In this document: in pieces, positions 1-13,445 of the stretch
Layout of the letters: each line of letters begins with the position of its first letter
Numbering within the stretch: position 1 is the first letter of the stretch
Source: Okamejei kenojei
Lineage: Eukaryota
DNA: 64,000 bases
NCBI GenBank assembly: GCA_035221665.1
Contig: CM069154.1
Location: 992,001 to 1,056,000 of the forward strand
Reading direction: 5' to 3'
Notes under the pieces: generated by a model
The model's database searches: none
What the model was told of the DNA's origin: nothing
The model's input: only the letters and a program-made list of their open reading frames with translations
Program-made: the position numbers and the translations under genes

Positions 1-121
1 AAGGCCCATCAGGCCAGAGAGTCCTCGCAGACCAGCGATCATCCTGTACACTAGCACTATCCTACACACACTAGGGACAATTTTACAATTTTTACTGAAA
101 CCAATTAACCTACAAACCTGT

Positions 122-325
122 TTAAGAAAGAACTGCAGATGCTGGTAAAATTGAAGGTAGACACAAAATGCTGGAGTAACTCAGTGGGTGAGGCAGCATC
201 TATGGAGAGAAGGAATTAGCGAAGTTTCGGGTCGAGTCTGAAAAAGGGCCTCGACCCGAAAACTCGCCCATTCCTTCTCTCCACAGATGCTGCCTCACCC
301 ACTGAGTTACTCCAGCATTTTGTGT
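122..325. repeat. Inverted pair of Penelope terminal repeats
   Basis: GCTGGAGTAACTCAGTGGGTGAGGCAGCATC and its reverse complement flank a degenerate hammerhead core. Many similar copies occur across the window. Confidence 0.8.
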
Positions 326-737
326 CAACCTACAAACCTGCAAGTCTTTGGAGTGTGGGAGGAAACCGGAGCACCTGGAGGAAACCCACATGGTCACGGG
401 GAGAAGGTACAAAACTATTTGTGCACCCCTAACCACGGCAACATTGTGTCTTTTATATTTCTGCTTTATTCAAATACACAGTAAAATGCCAGTTGAGATT
501 TAACACCCTGGGAAGGTCGACGACAGGTTTTACAGCGAAACGGAAACAAAGTCCACTGCTCGTGTTGCAAGTCATGTCACCACTTCCTATCTGCAAACCA
601 GTCCCATTTTCCTGCTCCCTTGGCATGGCTTTGCAACCCTCTCACAAGCTCCATCTAAACCCCTCGTTCAACCAGCAACTCCTGCCGAGCTCACTTATAA
701 ACAAGACCCCAAATCATTTGGTCTGTATACCTCACTC

Positions 738-771
<34 letters not shown>

Positions 772-2229
772 ACCCACAGCTAACTGTCGACAGTTTTCAT
801 TGTCATCGTTCCTTGTTTGCATATCTTTCATTAATTTGTTCTTTATCTCTCTACATCACCATCTATATCTCTCGGCAGTCTTTCCCCTGACTCCCAGTCT
901 GAAGAAGAGTCTTGACCCAAAACGTCACCTATTCCTTTTCTCCAGAGATGCTGCCTGACCCGCTGAGTTACTCCAGCTGTTTGTGTCCATCGTCACACCA
1001 AATCATTGATGTGGTTCACCTGTAGAAGCCCAAAATATCGTCTGTCCATTCCACCCCTCCTACCCACAGATGCTGCCTGACCCTCCGCGTTCCCAGACCA
1101 CCAGACATCGCTGGGCTGCTATGATGCCTGGTCCCAGGGCAGAGTTGGAGGCAGCCAGGGGATGAATGACTGCAGGATTGCAGCATCCAAGAGCACAGCC
1201 AATATAGGAAAGAGACTCGGTTTACAGCAAAGATTAGGTTTACACTTCGGGGAAATCGAGATTGCAACATAGTTTGCTTAAATACAAAGTTAATAATTAA
1301 ATTCACCGTAAGCCGTCACCAACCAAATATTGTCCCTACCCATAAAACTAGTTGAAAGCAGAAAAGTTAAATACTTCAGTGCAGTGAAAGACAATGACTT
1401 CAGCACAGGAGCAGCCACGTACCATTTAGTTGACAAGCATTCCGCACTTTGTTCAGTATATTCATAACATCCCATAATTACTTTGAAATAAAGACATGTT
1501 GCATCATTACAGTCACATTAGCACCTGTGGTTTGCCACTAATGCACATAAAACGTCAACCTTTTAAACTAGTGTCTTTACCAGTGAATTAAAAAATCTTT
1601 ATTCTCTTCAGGATTTGCTCTCGAAAGTGACGTTTCTGGCACCAACCACACATTTCTCTTTAGTTCACCCCCACATTTAATTTGCAAAACTGCCGCCTTT
1701 ATAGACACAAAAATGCTGGAGTAACTCAGCGGGACAGGCAGCATCTCTGGAGAGAAGGAATGGGTGACGTTTCGCATCGAGACCCTTCTTCAGACTCGAC
1801 CCTAAACGTCAACCATTCCTTCTCTTGGAGGGGAGGATGCTCCTCAAACTGTGTACAGCCCCCCCCCCCCCCCCTCCATGACACACTGGTCAACCTGAGG
1901 AGCACCTTCAGCAACAGACTGGTTCAGCCAAGATGCAGCACGGAACACCACAGGAGATCCTTCTTCCCCGAGGCTATCAAACTGTACAACTCCTCCCCCT
2001 TCCGTCGTGAGGTAGACTGACTCCTCTTGTCCCCCCCATTCCCCTCCCAACCCTAATCTTTGCACATCCCCAATCCTTTCCACTCGTCGTTTAAATTTCA
2101 TGTTTCATGTATCTGGTGTGTTATGACTGTTGGCAGATCAATTTCCTTCCTGTGATAAATAAAGTTCCATTGTGTTATATTTTGTGCCCATCTTCTGTGT
2201 AAACCAGTATATGTATTTTGTGTCTCCCT

Positions 2230-2620
2230 ACACTGACCTTTCTGTCCTAGGCCTCCTCCATTGTCAGAGTGAGGCTAAACGCAAAATGGAGGAACAGCAC
2301 CTCATATTTCGCTTGGGTTGCTTACACCCCAGTGGTATGAACATTGATTTCTCTAACTTCAAGTAGCCCCGGCATTCCCTCTCTCCCCATCCTTCCCCAC
2401 CCAAGTCGCACCAGCTTCTCGTTTTCACCGAACAAACAGATAACAACGGCCTGTTTCCTTTATCATCGTTACTTCTTTTGCATATCTTTCATTCATTGTT
2501 CTTTATCTCTCCACATCATTGTCCATATCTCTCGTTTCCCTTATCCCTAACCAGACTGGAGAAGGGTCTTGACCCATTCCTTCTCTCCAGAGACGCTGCG
2601 TGTCCCGCTGAGTTACTCCC
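2230..2620 (+). mobile_element. Penelope-like 3' fragment
   Basis: DLSVLGLLHCQSEAKRKMEEQHLIFRLGCLHPSGMNIDFSNFK plus terminal repeat. Confidence 0.8.
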
Positions 2621-4325
2621 TGCCTCATGCGAGGAACACTTACATGACCGGAGACGTGGCTGGCTTCATTGGTGTAGCTGCCGACACTGGCGATGGAGTC
2701 CATGAGTGCTGCTCCAATGCACCGGGAACCTAGGGCATTGCTCTAGTGACTTGGTGCTAAGTCGGGTCGAAGCACGAGCATCAGGATCAACCAAACACTC
2801 CAACGGCACCTGTAAATCACAAAAACCATCAACAAACAGGAACCCAGATGCTATAAATAATTTTAAAGTATTACATTCGGTCACAACAACGCTCAATAAA
2901 TTATTGAAGCAGTTTCCCGCAAATGTCAATTGGCATTTTTGATCTGTCTTTACACAAATCCACACGGCAACGACACCTTCTTGCTGAGCGTGGGATGATC
3001 ATGAGGTCATAAGTGATAGGAGCAGAATTAGGCCATTCAGCCCATCGAGTCTTCTCTGCCATTCAATCATGGCTGATCTATCTCTCCCTCCTAACCCATT
3101 TTCCTGCCTTCTCCCCATAACCCTTGACACCCGTACTAATCGAGAATCTATCTATCTCTGCCTTAAATATATCCACTGAATTTGCCTCCACAGCCGTCTG
3201 TGGCAAAGAATTCCTCAGATTCACCACCTGTATTATCTTCAGTAACATCGAGAGTTACAACACCTTCAACGTGCAATCTGGTTGTATTAGCAAGTGAACC
3301 AGTGAGGGAACCGTGGGCAGGGTGCACGACCGACCAACAACCCACCTGGCGGAACGCAAAACAAACAGCTCCAGGAGCAAGGATAGACACAGAGTGCTGG
3401 AGTAACTCAGCGGGTCAGGCAGCATCTGTGGAGAACATGGATAGGTGACGTTTCTGGGCTGGTCCCTTCTTCAGGATCCAGGGCTCCATGAATGGACTAC
3501 ATGGGAAGGCTGGGATTTACATCCCAAGCCTAGATGGACAAGCAGCCATATGGACCATTGTGAAAGATATTAAAATTGGGAGATGTCGCCAGGCCAACAA
3601 CCCCTGCAATACCAACCCAGTGCTGCCACCAGGACAACGACCAATCTCAAGGCCAAGATAGGACTCTGCACTTTCAAGCACTTTGAAACTTCAAGGACAC
3701 GTACCAGAAAGGTGGCGACTCTTTGCGTACACTATCCTTTCACTACAATCATTGCACACGCACTGATCATTGAATTGAATCTAGGTTTGTGCTTACACCT
3801 TGTATGACTTTACCGGATTGTACGCAAGAATATCGCTGTACCCAGGTACCTGTGACAACAAAGTCAATCATTGAATCTATTGAGATCCCAATATTTATTT
3901 TATCCAGACACTTTGACAGTTTTATACTCGATTAACTGCACCAGGTTTTTCTTCCAGATTTAATTACAGAATGTAGATTCCCAGCGGCTGTGGTGGGAAG
4001 ATGTGAACACATCTCCTACCAGAACCTGGAACAACTCTGTCATTTACATCACACATTCAAACTCCTCAACAACGTAAAAACTACACGATACATTCTGCAC
4101 TGAAGCAGAGACGAGGAGCGGTGGCAAGAAAGTTCACCGTTGTTCAAAGCAGCAAGACTGAAGAAAATAATCTATGTGGGGCTGTGGTGTCAGTTTGCAC
4201 TGGATGAGAGAGTGGGATATCATGGATCTAGTGTGACCGATGGAGTGTGTGGGCTCGATGGGCCAAAGGGCCATTCCCCCCCGTTGGATTTATCAATCAA
4301 TTAAAGAAATTCCTGCCAATCTCTA

Positions 4326-4568
4326 AAGAGCCTGTCCCACTTAGCGATTATTTCGGCAACTGCCGGCATCATTGACTGACGTATCAGGTCACTGAAAAAT
4401 TCGCGGCGTGACCTGAAAAATTTGCGTATGACGGCCGGTGTTTTTTCAAGTGTCGCAACATTTTTTTTCTCGCTGCTGGATTTTGAAATGTTCAAAATCT
4501 TTTGGTGACACTGATATGACGCCAACAGTCACCGAAAAAATAAAATCGGCAAGTGGGACAGGCCCGTA
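4326..4568. mobile_element. Harbinger-type MITE
   Basis: TIRs (A)GAGCCTGTCCCACTT / AAGTGGGACAGGCCC with TAA-like flanks. Confidence 0.8.
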
Positions 4569-4894
4569 AGTGTTCAGCTGGCACACAGGTGTGGCCTAGA
4601 GTAACAAACATCTGTCACCTTTGTCCATCTGATACAGATGTCAGCAACTGCAGTCTGAAGCCTCCAGAGAACATGGAATTAGTGTGAATGGGTGATCATG
4701 GGCCAAAGGGCCTGTTTCCATGTTGTAGCATTTCTGAATGAAATACCGACTGCATTGTTGCATGTGTGATGCGCACAAAATGCACTGCTGCTTTTACACC
4801 AGGCAGCTCGCAACCCAGTCCATGACACAAGGATGGACAAGGGCTGCAGGTGCATGGGAACGCCTCTGCAGAAGGACCAGCGCAGTCTCCAGGA

Positions 4895-5120
4895 CCAGAC
4901 AATGTTGCCTCCTCTACCCTCAAGCTCTGTGCCAAACAACTGGCACCGGTCTACACAACCATTTACAACCGGTCCCTGCAAACCTGCACTGTCCCCGCCT
5001 GCTTCAAACCCTCCACGATTGTTCCCCTATCCAAAAAGCCAAGGATGACTGGTGTTAATGACTACAGGACTGTCACACTGTAGTCATGAAGACCCTTGAA
5101 AGGCTTGTGCTGGCCCAGCA
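4895..5120 (+). mobile_element. Rex-Babar LINE RT fragment
   Basis: PGPDNV...LKLCAKQLAPVYTTIYNRSL...VPACFKPSTIVPLSKKP...NDYR. Confidence 0.8.
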
Positions 5121-6734
5121 GAGCCAAATCCAACTCTCATGAAAACATCTAGTGAACGCCTTCTGTGGCAGAGAATTCCAGATTCACAACTCTTTGGGTG
5201 AAAACGTTTTTCCTCATCTCAGTCCTAAATGGCCAATCCCTTATTCGTAAACTGTGACCCCTGGTTCTGGACCCCCAACATGGGGAACATTTTTCCTGCG
5301 TCGAGCCTGTCCAATACTGTAGTAATTTTATATATTTCTACAGGAGATCCTCTCATCCTTTTAAAATCCAACAGTGAAACCGACAGTGGAAGGATCCTGG
5401 CATGGGAATACTGGACACATTCTGGGGAACACGGGTCTGTGCTGGGGGATGCAGTGCCATTCAATCATGGCTGATCATCCACAATCAGTTCCCCGTTCCT
5501 GCCTTCTCCCCATATCCCCTGACCGCTATTTTTAAGAGCCCTATCTAGCTCTCTCTTGAAAGCATGCAGAGAATCTGCCTCCACCGCCCTGAGGCAGAGA
5601 ATTCCACAGACTCACCACTCTCCGAGTGCACCGAAGTACAGTGAAAAGCTTTGTTCTGCATGCTATCCAAATATATCAGACATTGCACATATAGATCCAA
5701 TCAAATCAAACTCAAGTACAATGGACAGAGCAAAGGGGAAGATACAGAGTGCAGAATATAAGGTAGATAAAAATGCTGGGTCTCGACCCGAAAAATCACC
5801 TATTCCTTTGCTCCATAGATGCTGCCTCACCAGCTGAGTTCCTCCAGCATTTTAATCTACCTTCGATTTTTCCAGCATCTGCAGTTCCTTCTTAAACGAG
5901 TGCAGAATATAGTTGTGATTAACGACCTCTCATACACTCGAGCCCAAGGAAGGGTCCCCATCCAAAACGTTACCTAGCCACATTCTCCAGAGAGGTTACC
6001 CGACCCACTGAGTTACTCCAGAGCTGTGTCTTTTTTTGTAAAGCAGCATCTGCAGTTCCCAGATTCCACATCTCTCTCACACAGTGAGCAGGGGTGTTGT
6101 CTGTGGAGCAATCTTTAGAGGAGTTATAATTCTATACATCTTAAGGGAATGTTTAGAATTGATGGGACAAGCTGAGGTGGGAAAGCATTGATTATTTAAA
6201 ATGTGTGCAGTTATAATTTTGAAATAGAAATGATGTTCTTGCCAGGGACACCGACAGTATATCTTTAAGAATGAACTGGAGCAGATGGGATTTAATTAAA
6301 TTCTTGGATCGTAAACGGCTGCAGAGCAACAGCTTGCAGCAGCTCAGATGAGCTTAGAGGCGACAAATCTGTTTACTACATGTAACAGAGCAACTGACAG
6401 GCTCCATGTCACAAACTTGACGCCAGTCTCTGAGACACCACCTTGATTCCTCTGCTTCAACCACAGTCATAGAGCCATACAGCATGGAAACAGGCCCTTC
6501 AGCCCAACTTGTCTATGCTGTCCAAGATGCCCCATCTACACAAACCCCCACCTCTGCCTGCTTTTGGCCCATGTTCCTCTAAATCTACCCTATCCATGCA
6601 CTTGTCTAAATGTTTCCTTATGCTGGTGACACCAGGAGCACTGGCTGTGGGGTCCAGGAGTACACTGAGAAACCGACTGTTCATCCACTCAGAGCGTAGG
6701 ACCAGATACCCAGGTGTAATACCACAGTTTTACA

Positions 6735-7040
6735 GGTGGCATAGCTGTTAAAGTTGTCGCCACAGTGCCAACGATCCAGGTTCGATCCTGAACTCGGATG
6801 CTGCCTATGTGGAGTTTGCACGTTCTCCCGTGTGGGTTTCCTCTGGGTGCCCCGATTTCCTCCCACATCCCAAAGATGTGCGGGTTTGTAGGTCAATTGG
6901 CCTCTGTAAATGGCCCCTAGTGTCTAGGGAGTGAATGAGAAAGTGGGATAACATCGAACCGTGGTGGACAGGTGCTCGCTGGTCGGCGTGGACTCGTTGG
7001 GCCGAAGGGCCTGTTTCCGTGCCCCATTTCTAAAACTATC
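6735..7040 (+). mobile_element. tRNA-derived SINE (HE1-like)
   Basis: A box TGGCATAGCTG, B box GGTTCGATCC, central GTGGAGTTTGCACGTTCTCCC core, GGGCCGAAGGGCCTGTTTCC tail. Confidence 0.85.
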
Positions 7041-7630
7041 TCCAAACTCAATTCAGTAAAGAGACTGTCACACAGCACAGGAAAAAGGCCCCTTCAGCAC
7101 AACTAGCCCATGCCGGCCAAGATGCCTCACCTACACTAGTCCCACCTGCTCAACATCTACAATACAAAACCACTCCATAACACAGAGACAAGCAAAAGTA
7201 ACCAGCCCAACAATGTGCTCTAGGGAAGGATCCATGTTGTCCCTGCCCACCCTCTCCAGAACCCGTATCAACTCCTCAGATCAGCAACATGTGAGGCGGG
7301 GAATAAACGTCACCACCGACAGCAACAATGACCTTCCCACCAAGACAATAAAACATACAGAAGGAACAGGTGACGTTCGGGTTGAGACCCTTCTTCAGAA
7401 ACCCATTCCTTCTCTCCAGAGATGCTGCCTGTCCCACTTAGTTACTCCAGCATTCTGTGTCTATCTTTGGTTTAAAACAGCATCAGCAGTTCCTTCTTAT
7501 ACATTAAAACATACAGCGGATATCGAGCACTAAAAGGCCTATTCTTATCTCGGCAGGTGAGGTAGACATTTCACATAGTGCTGGAGTAACTCAGCGGGTC
7601 AGGCAGCATCTGTGGAGAACATGGATAGGT

Positions 7631-7658
7631 GACGTTTCGGGTCAGGACCCTTCTTCAG
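7631..7658 (-). ncRNA. Minimal hammerhead ribozyme motif (Penelope-associated)
   Basis: Minus strand CUGAAGA-A-GGGU-CCUG-ACCC-GAAA-C-GUC. Confidence 0.65.
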
Positions 7659-7843
7659 AGTGTGAAGCGTCCCGACTCAGAATGTCTACTGCTGCCTGAC
7701 TTGTTGAGCTACTCCAGCACTCTGTGTCCCTTTGTCTTCAAGCAATCTCCACCCTTGTTTACCTCAGTATGCTGAGAGAGATCCCATCAGGCCCTGGGGA
7801 TATCTCCAGTTTGATCTTTTGTAACCTCGACCTTTTTAATAAT

Positions 7844-8016
7844 GTCACAGAGTGCTGGAGTAACTCAGCGGGTCAGGCAGCATCTGTGGAGAACATGGAT
7901 AGGTGACGTTTCACAGAGTGCTGGAGTAACTCAGTGGGTCAGGCAGCATCTGTGGAGAACATGGATCGGTGACGTTTCACAGAGTGCTGGAGTTACTCAG
8001 CGGGTCAGGCAGCATC
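7844..8016. repeat. 66-bp tandem amplification (about 2.6 copies) of a Penelope terminal-repeat segment
   Basis: TCACAGAGTGCTGGAGTAACTCAG...GGTGACGTT repeated head-to-tail. Confidence 0.9.
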
Positions 8017-9338
8017 TTTCTATCACTTCCTCCTTGCTTTCAACAAGCTGCAGAACATCGACATATCCCTGCCTAATCCCTGATCACCTATGTCAATCTG
8101 CCTGGTGAATACCAATACACAATACTCATCATGGACCTCGCCCATTTCCTCTGGATCCACACACCTGTGTGCTCAAGTGGACCTACCTTAAGAAATATAT
8201 AAAATTCTTAAGGGATTGGACAGGCTAGATGAAGGAAACATGTTCCCGATGTGGGGGGAGTTCAGAACCGGGGGTCACAGTTTAAGAATAAAGGGAATTA
8301 TCTGCCACAGAAGGCAGTGGAGGACAATTCACTGGATGTTTTCAAGAGAGAGTTCATTTAGCTCTAGGGCTAACGGAATCAAGGGATATGGGAAGAAAAC
8401 TGGAAAATTGGGGTACTGATTTTGGATGATCAGCCATGATCATATTGAATAGCGGTGCTGGCATGAAGGGCCGAATGGCCTACTCCTGTATCTGTTTTCT
8501 GTTTTACCCAAGACATTTCATGGCCCATTTTAGCCATCCTAATTTCCCATTCTTCCCTGCTTCCTTCATATTACTCACGGGTCTGTCCAACGTGAATTCC
8601 CGAAATCCTACTTATTAAAATTTTTCATTTTGACTAAATATACAGACAAAACGAAACAAATATAGGGGAACATGTTGATTTACTTTGGTATTACCACAAA
8701 GAATGTTGCAATTTTAATTAAAGGTTTCACATGCGTGTTTTTTTAAGAAGTCAGAGAGATCATTAAATTAAATGGTAGTTTCGATATTGGAGATAGACAC
8801 AGAGTGCTGGAGTAACTCAGCGGGTCAGGCAGCATTCCTGGAGAACATGGATAGGTGACGTTTCTGGTTGAGAACCTTCTTCAGACAGGTCAAGAAGGGT
8901 TTAGAGGTATATGGGCCAAAAACAGGCAAATGGAACTAGCCCAGTATGCCAACTTGGTGGGCCGAAAGGCCTGTTTCCGTGCTGTACAGTTCTGACGCCA
9001 CTGTGGCAGAGTTAGATAGCTGTTGCTTCTCCCTCAGCCAACACCTCACTCAACACGAGGCGCCAGGAATGCGGCGGGTTCAGGTCGGGCAGCGGCCGGG
9101 GCAGAGTGGGACGGGTCCTCGCCCAGCCCAGCCCACCCAAGGGGCTCAGTAACTGAAGTAACTGCTAACCGGGGCTCAGTAACTGAAGCCACCCCTCCCA
9201 ATACACACACCCCCCCCCACCGCCCCGGTGCTCGCTCGGACCAAGATCCGGACATTTGAGGCTGCGATTAGCGCCGTCCGGCAAGGTTCACCCCGCCTCA
9301 CCTGCACCCACACACCGTCCGATCCGGTCCTGCCTCAC

Positions 9339-9800
9339 CTGTGACCCAGACTGCCACGCTCGCTCTGTCCCTATCCCCGTATCCCCCTCTGTGCCGTGCC
9401 GCACCTGTCCGTGTCCCCGTCTCCCTCTGCCGTGTGTCCCTGCCCAGTCCAGCGGCGCCGCGCCTGTATCCCACGCACCTGTGTCCAGCAGCGCTTCACC
9501 TGTGTCCCACACACGTGTGTCCAGCAGCACCACACCCGTGTCCAGCAGCACCACACCCGTGTCCCACACACCTGTGTCCAGCAGCACCACACCCGTGTCC
9601 CACACACCCGTGTCCAGCAGCACCACACCTGTGTCCAGCAGCACCACACCCGTGTCCAGCAGCACCACACCCGTGTCCAGCAGCACCACACCCGTGTCCA
9701 GCAGCACCACACCCGTGTCCAGCAGCACCACACCCGTGTCCAGCAGCACCACACCCGTGTCCCACACACCTGTGTCCAGCAGCGCGTCACCTGTCCGAGT
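9339..9800 (-). other. Putative non-coding first exon of that gene
   Basis: Lies downstream of the TATA box; no minus-strand ATG seen; consensus donors CAG|GTGAGG at 9339/9338 and 9302/9301. Confidence 0.45.
9477..9795. repeat. Minisatellite of mixed 21-bp (GTGTCCAGCAGCACCACACCC) and 15-bp (GTGTCCCACACACCT/C) units
   Basis: Directly visible tandem array; it produces the repetitive ORFs in several frames. Confidence 0.95.
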
Positions 9801-9960
9801 GTCGCCGCCTCTCCCTCTCTCCCTTTATAGGCTCCGCGGCGCCCGCTCCACGCAGCCAATCCACTCCGCTTCCGCCTTCGCATCCGACCAATCACGTCGC
9901 GCCCTTGTTCGCTGGGTGCTGATTGGAGCGGCCGCGCCGCTCTCCGCCAATCAGCTCCAG
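9800..9960 (-). promoter_or_regulatory. TATA + multiple CCAAT promoter of an unidentified minus-strand gene
   Basis: TATAAA on the minus strand at 9829-9824; CCAAT boxes at 9856, 9888, 9922 (inverted) and 9947; CpG-rich about 9050-10010. Confidence 0.7.
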
Positions 9961-10011
9961 CCGGGACCAGCCGAGCCCGGGGTCCAGGGTCCGCCTCTGC
10001 GCACCTGAAGT

Positions 10012-10123
10012 TCACCTGTAAAGATCCTCTGCTCACCTGTTAAGATCCTCTGCTCACCTGTTAAGATCCTCTGCTCACCTGTTAAGATCCTCTGCTCACC
10101 TGTTAAGATATCTGCTCACCTGT
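10012..10123. repeat. 21-bp tandem repeat TCACCTGTTAAGATCCTCTGC, about 5 copies
   Basis: Directly visible. Confidence 0.95.
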
Positions 10124-10199
10124 ACCAGCGCTGGAGGGGCTCACAAACAAAGACACAAAGTGCTGGAGTAACTCAGCGGGTCAGGCAGCATCTCTGGAG

Positions 10200-11075
10200 A
10201 ACATAGAAGAAGAGGAAGAAAAATAGGTGCAGAATTCGGCCCTTCGAGCCCGCACCGCCATTCAATATGATCATGTCTGATCATTCAGAATCAGTACCCC
10301 GTTCCTGCTGTCTCCCCATATCCCATGATTCCGTTAGCCCTGAGAGCTAAATCTAACTCTTGAAAACATCCAGTGAATTGTCCTCCACTGCCTTCTGTGG
10401 CAGAGAATAACAGATTCACAACTCTTTGGGTGAAAAAGTTTTTCCGCATCTTAAATGAACTAGCCCTTATTCTTAAACTGTGACCCCTGGTTCTGGACTC
10501 CCCCAACATGGGGAACATTTTTCCTGCATCTAGCCTGTCCAATCAGAGTGATACAGTGTGGAAACAGGCCCTTCAGCCCAATTCGCCCATACCAGCCAAC
10601 AATGTCTGATTGTTTCTTAAACAATGCAATAGTCCCAGCCTCAACTACTTCCTCTGGCAGTAGGCAAAAAATGCTGGAGAAACTCAGCGGGTAAGGCAGC
10701 ATCTATGGAGAAAAGGAGTAGGCGACGTCTAGCAGCTCGTTCCATACACCCACCACCCTTTGTATTTCTATAAAAGATCTCCTCTCATCCTAAATTCAAG
10801 TGAATACAAGCCCAGTCAACCCATTTTTTCATCATATCAGTCCCGCCATCCCGAGAATTACCTTGGTGGACCTATGCTGCACTCCCTCAATAGCAATAAT
10901 GTCCTTCCTCAAATTAGGAGACCAAAACCACACACAATACTCCAGGTGCAGTCTCACCAGGGCTCTGTACAACTGCAGTAGGACCTTCTTGCTCCTAAAC
11001 TCAAATCCTCTTGCAATGAAGGCCAACATGCCATTTGTTTGTTCACTGCCTGCTGTACCTGCATGCTTACTTTCA
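10200..11075 (-). mobile_element. CR1 3' fragments
   Basis: LYRALVRLHLEYCVWFWSP; FPMLGESRTRGHSL. Confidence 0.8.
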
Positions 11076-12134
11076 GTGAAAATTAGCATTGTATTTATGC
11101 AATGATTGCTTCCACACCTAGACTTATTTAGTAGGAAAGAGATGGAGCCTTGGGGAAAATCTACAGTACATGGATCCGCAGATAGCAAATAAGTAGATAA
11201 TGAGGGTGGAGTTTAAAGCAAAAACCTGCACCCTTGCTGAATATTGGTACTAAGAATACACACAGACACAAAGTGAGAAAGAAGCTCATGTTACACAGCC
11301 TTCAGTTTATTTTGTTTTCTGAAAAAAAGTATAAATTATAGATGACCAGATACACCCAGAGAATAGTCATAGATACAAGTAAGTCCACGAGGATTTGTCA
11401 ACTGGCATTCAGGTACTTTTAGCAGCAGTGAAGTGTAACCAACTTGTTAAATGATCATTCTTTTTTTGCCAACAATGTCTGAAATATGGGAAAAATTCAC
11501 ATTGCTATTTGAAACCTCGAATTACAATCGCAGGTCACATTGTTACTGTGCTGCATAACTATCATTGCACAATTTACATACAAACACATCTACTAAAATA
11601 TCATCAAGCTCAACAACAGATTGCGGCAAGAGTCCTGAAGTATCAGTCATATACATCTCCCTCAAATCCAGTCCGAAGAAATACTTATCCTTAGAAACAT
11701 AGCTCATGTTAGTTGATTCAGATGACAGTTACGAAAGAGAAGGGTGAAGAAGGGTCTCGACCCGAAACATTGGCTATTTCATTCGCTCCATAGATGTTGC
11801 CTCACCCGCTGAACTGGACCTTTTGGACACCAGGAACACATGTCAGGCTGTTGTTCACAGATCACAGTTTGCCGTTTAATTAACATCATACATCATACAT
11901 CATATATCAATAATTTGGATGAAAATGTACAAGGCATTATAAGTTACTTTGCAGTTGACACTAAAACAGATACAATTTAATTTAATAGGACCCTGGTACA
12001 ATAACAGTTGATAAAAGACACTTGGGCAGGTACATGAATAGGAGAGATATGGGCCAAATAGGACTAAAGGAGATGAGGCATTTTGTCAGCATGCACGAGT
12101 TGGGCCAAAGGGCCTGTTTCTGTGCTGCATGACT

Positions 12135-12925
12135 GTGGCATTGTCAAACTCAGGCAACTAGGTCTCCACTCTTCCCAATGCAACTAGATCATCAATTTCC
12201 TCATTGATAGACCTCCATTAGCATGGATTGGCAACGACACCTCCTCACTGACCATCAACGCAGGGGGGCCTCAGGGCTGTACTCCAGTCTTGCTCAGTCT
12301 TGTGCTCTACCAGCAACACCATCTTTAAATTCACCCATAATTTCATTGTTGTTGGACAAATAACATAACGTTGGAGTATGGGAGGGAGATCGATCACAGG
12401 TTGAGTGGTGCTAGATTGAGTGGTCTGGCTCAACATTAGCAAGACCAAGGAGCTGATTGTTGACTTCAGGAAAGGGAAGCGAAATGTCACCACAGGCCTG
12501 GGTGGGAAATTCAAATGCTCAAGAATGAAGAAGGGAGAGGTGGACATTGCTTGGTCCATCATTGTTACCGACTTCAATGGGATCTAAACAGCAGCAAATC
12601 TCAATGACCCTCACCACTCTGATCACACACTCATCTCACTGCTACCATTAGGAAGATACAGAAGCCCGAGAACCGTGACCTCAAGGTTCAAGAACAGCTT
12701 CTTCCCATCCACCATTACGTTTGTGATGCACCATTCACAACCCTACCTCAGCATCAAACCACTGCGGACTGCATTGCTATGGGCGTTCTACATACTTTTT
12801 GCACGGTCATGGTCTGATTTAATCAGAATAACTGATAATTTATTGTTTATAGTATATTGTTGTTGCACCTTTAAAGCGGGATTACATTGTTTCCGTTTAT
12901 ATCTTGTGCATATGACAAATAACCA
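12135..12925 (+). mobile_element. Degenerate Rex-Babar LINE 3' part
   Basis: GGPQG, NISKTKELIVDFRK, TSRFKNSFFP motifs. Confidence 0.7.
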
Positions 12926-13247
12926 CTCTTACCACTGGTTTCAGTAATTAAATCCATTCAATTCTGTAAACCTCCAGCTGCATATTTTTCCCCCATTACC
13001 CACTTACGAAGTGATGGAAACTACAGCAGAAGCTGGAAGGAAACTAGCATTCACAACAGAATAGCTCATCGGTTGCAACCTACCCAAGATTAAAAGGACA
13101 ATACACAATCAGGACAAGGAGGTGCCATTACCTCATCTCCTGCACATTTTGGGTGTGTGTCTGCTGAGCCCACATCACACCCAAATACTCAATTCTTTTT
13201 AAGGCTAATTCTCACTGAAAGATTCATTATTTGTTTGTATCATTTAT

Positions 13248-13445
13248 AGTTTAGTTCAGAGATACAGCATGGAAACATGCCCTTCGGCCCACCAAGTCCA
13301 CTGATCACCCATTCACTCTAGTTCTCTGTTATCCCACATTCACCCTCTACACACTAGTGACAAATTAGAGGCCAATTACCCTGCAAATTACACCTTTGGA
13401 ATGTGGGAGGAAACCGAAGCACCAACTCTGCACCACCGTGCTGCA
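13248..13445 (-). mobile_element. HE1-like SINE, internally deleted
   Basis: Reverse complement of SINE head, core and tail. Confidence 0.7.

Noticed and set aside
739-771. Long poly(C) tracts (also about 1859, 14314, 33304)
   Set aside because: Simple homopolymers whose length is unreliable in assemblies; no functional evidence.
4085-4170. Strong minus-strand acceptor (ttattttcttcag) as a possible exon of the gene starting near 9.8 kb
   Set aside because: No convincing donor or recognisable peptide.
6735-6800. tRNA-like A/B boxes
   Set aside because: SINE head, not a cloverleaf-forming tRNA gene.
9256-10036. Long ORFs (up to 250 aa) with repetitive PVSSSTT / VVLLDTG / QQHHTRV peptides
   Set aside because: Produced by a stop-free minisatellite that is open in many frames on both strands; no evidence of coding.
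9477-10123. Tandem arrays resembling CRISPR repeats
   Set aside because: No unique spacers, eukaryotic context, no cas genes.
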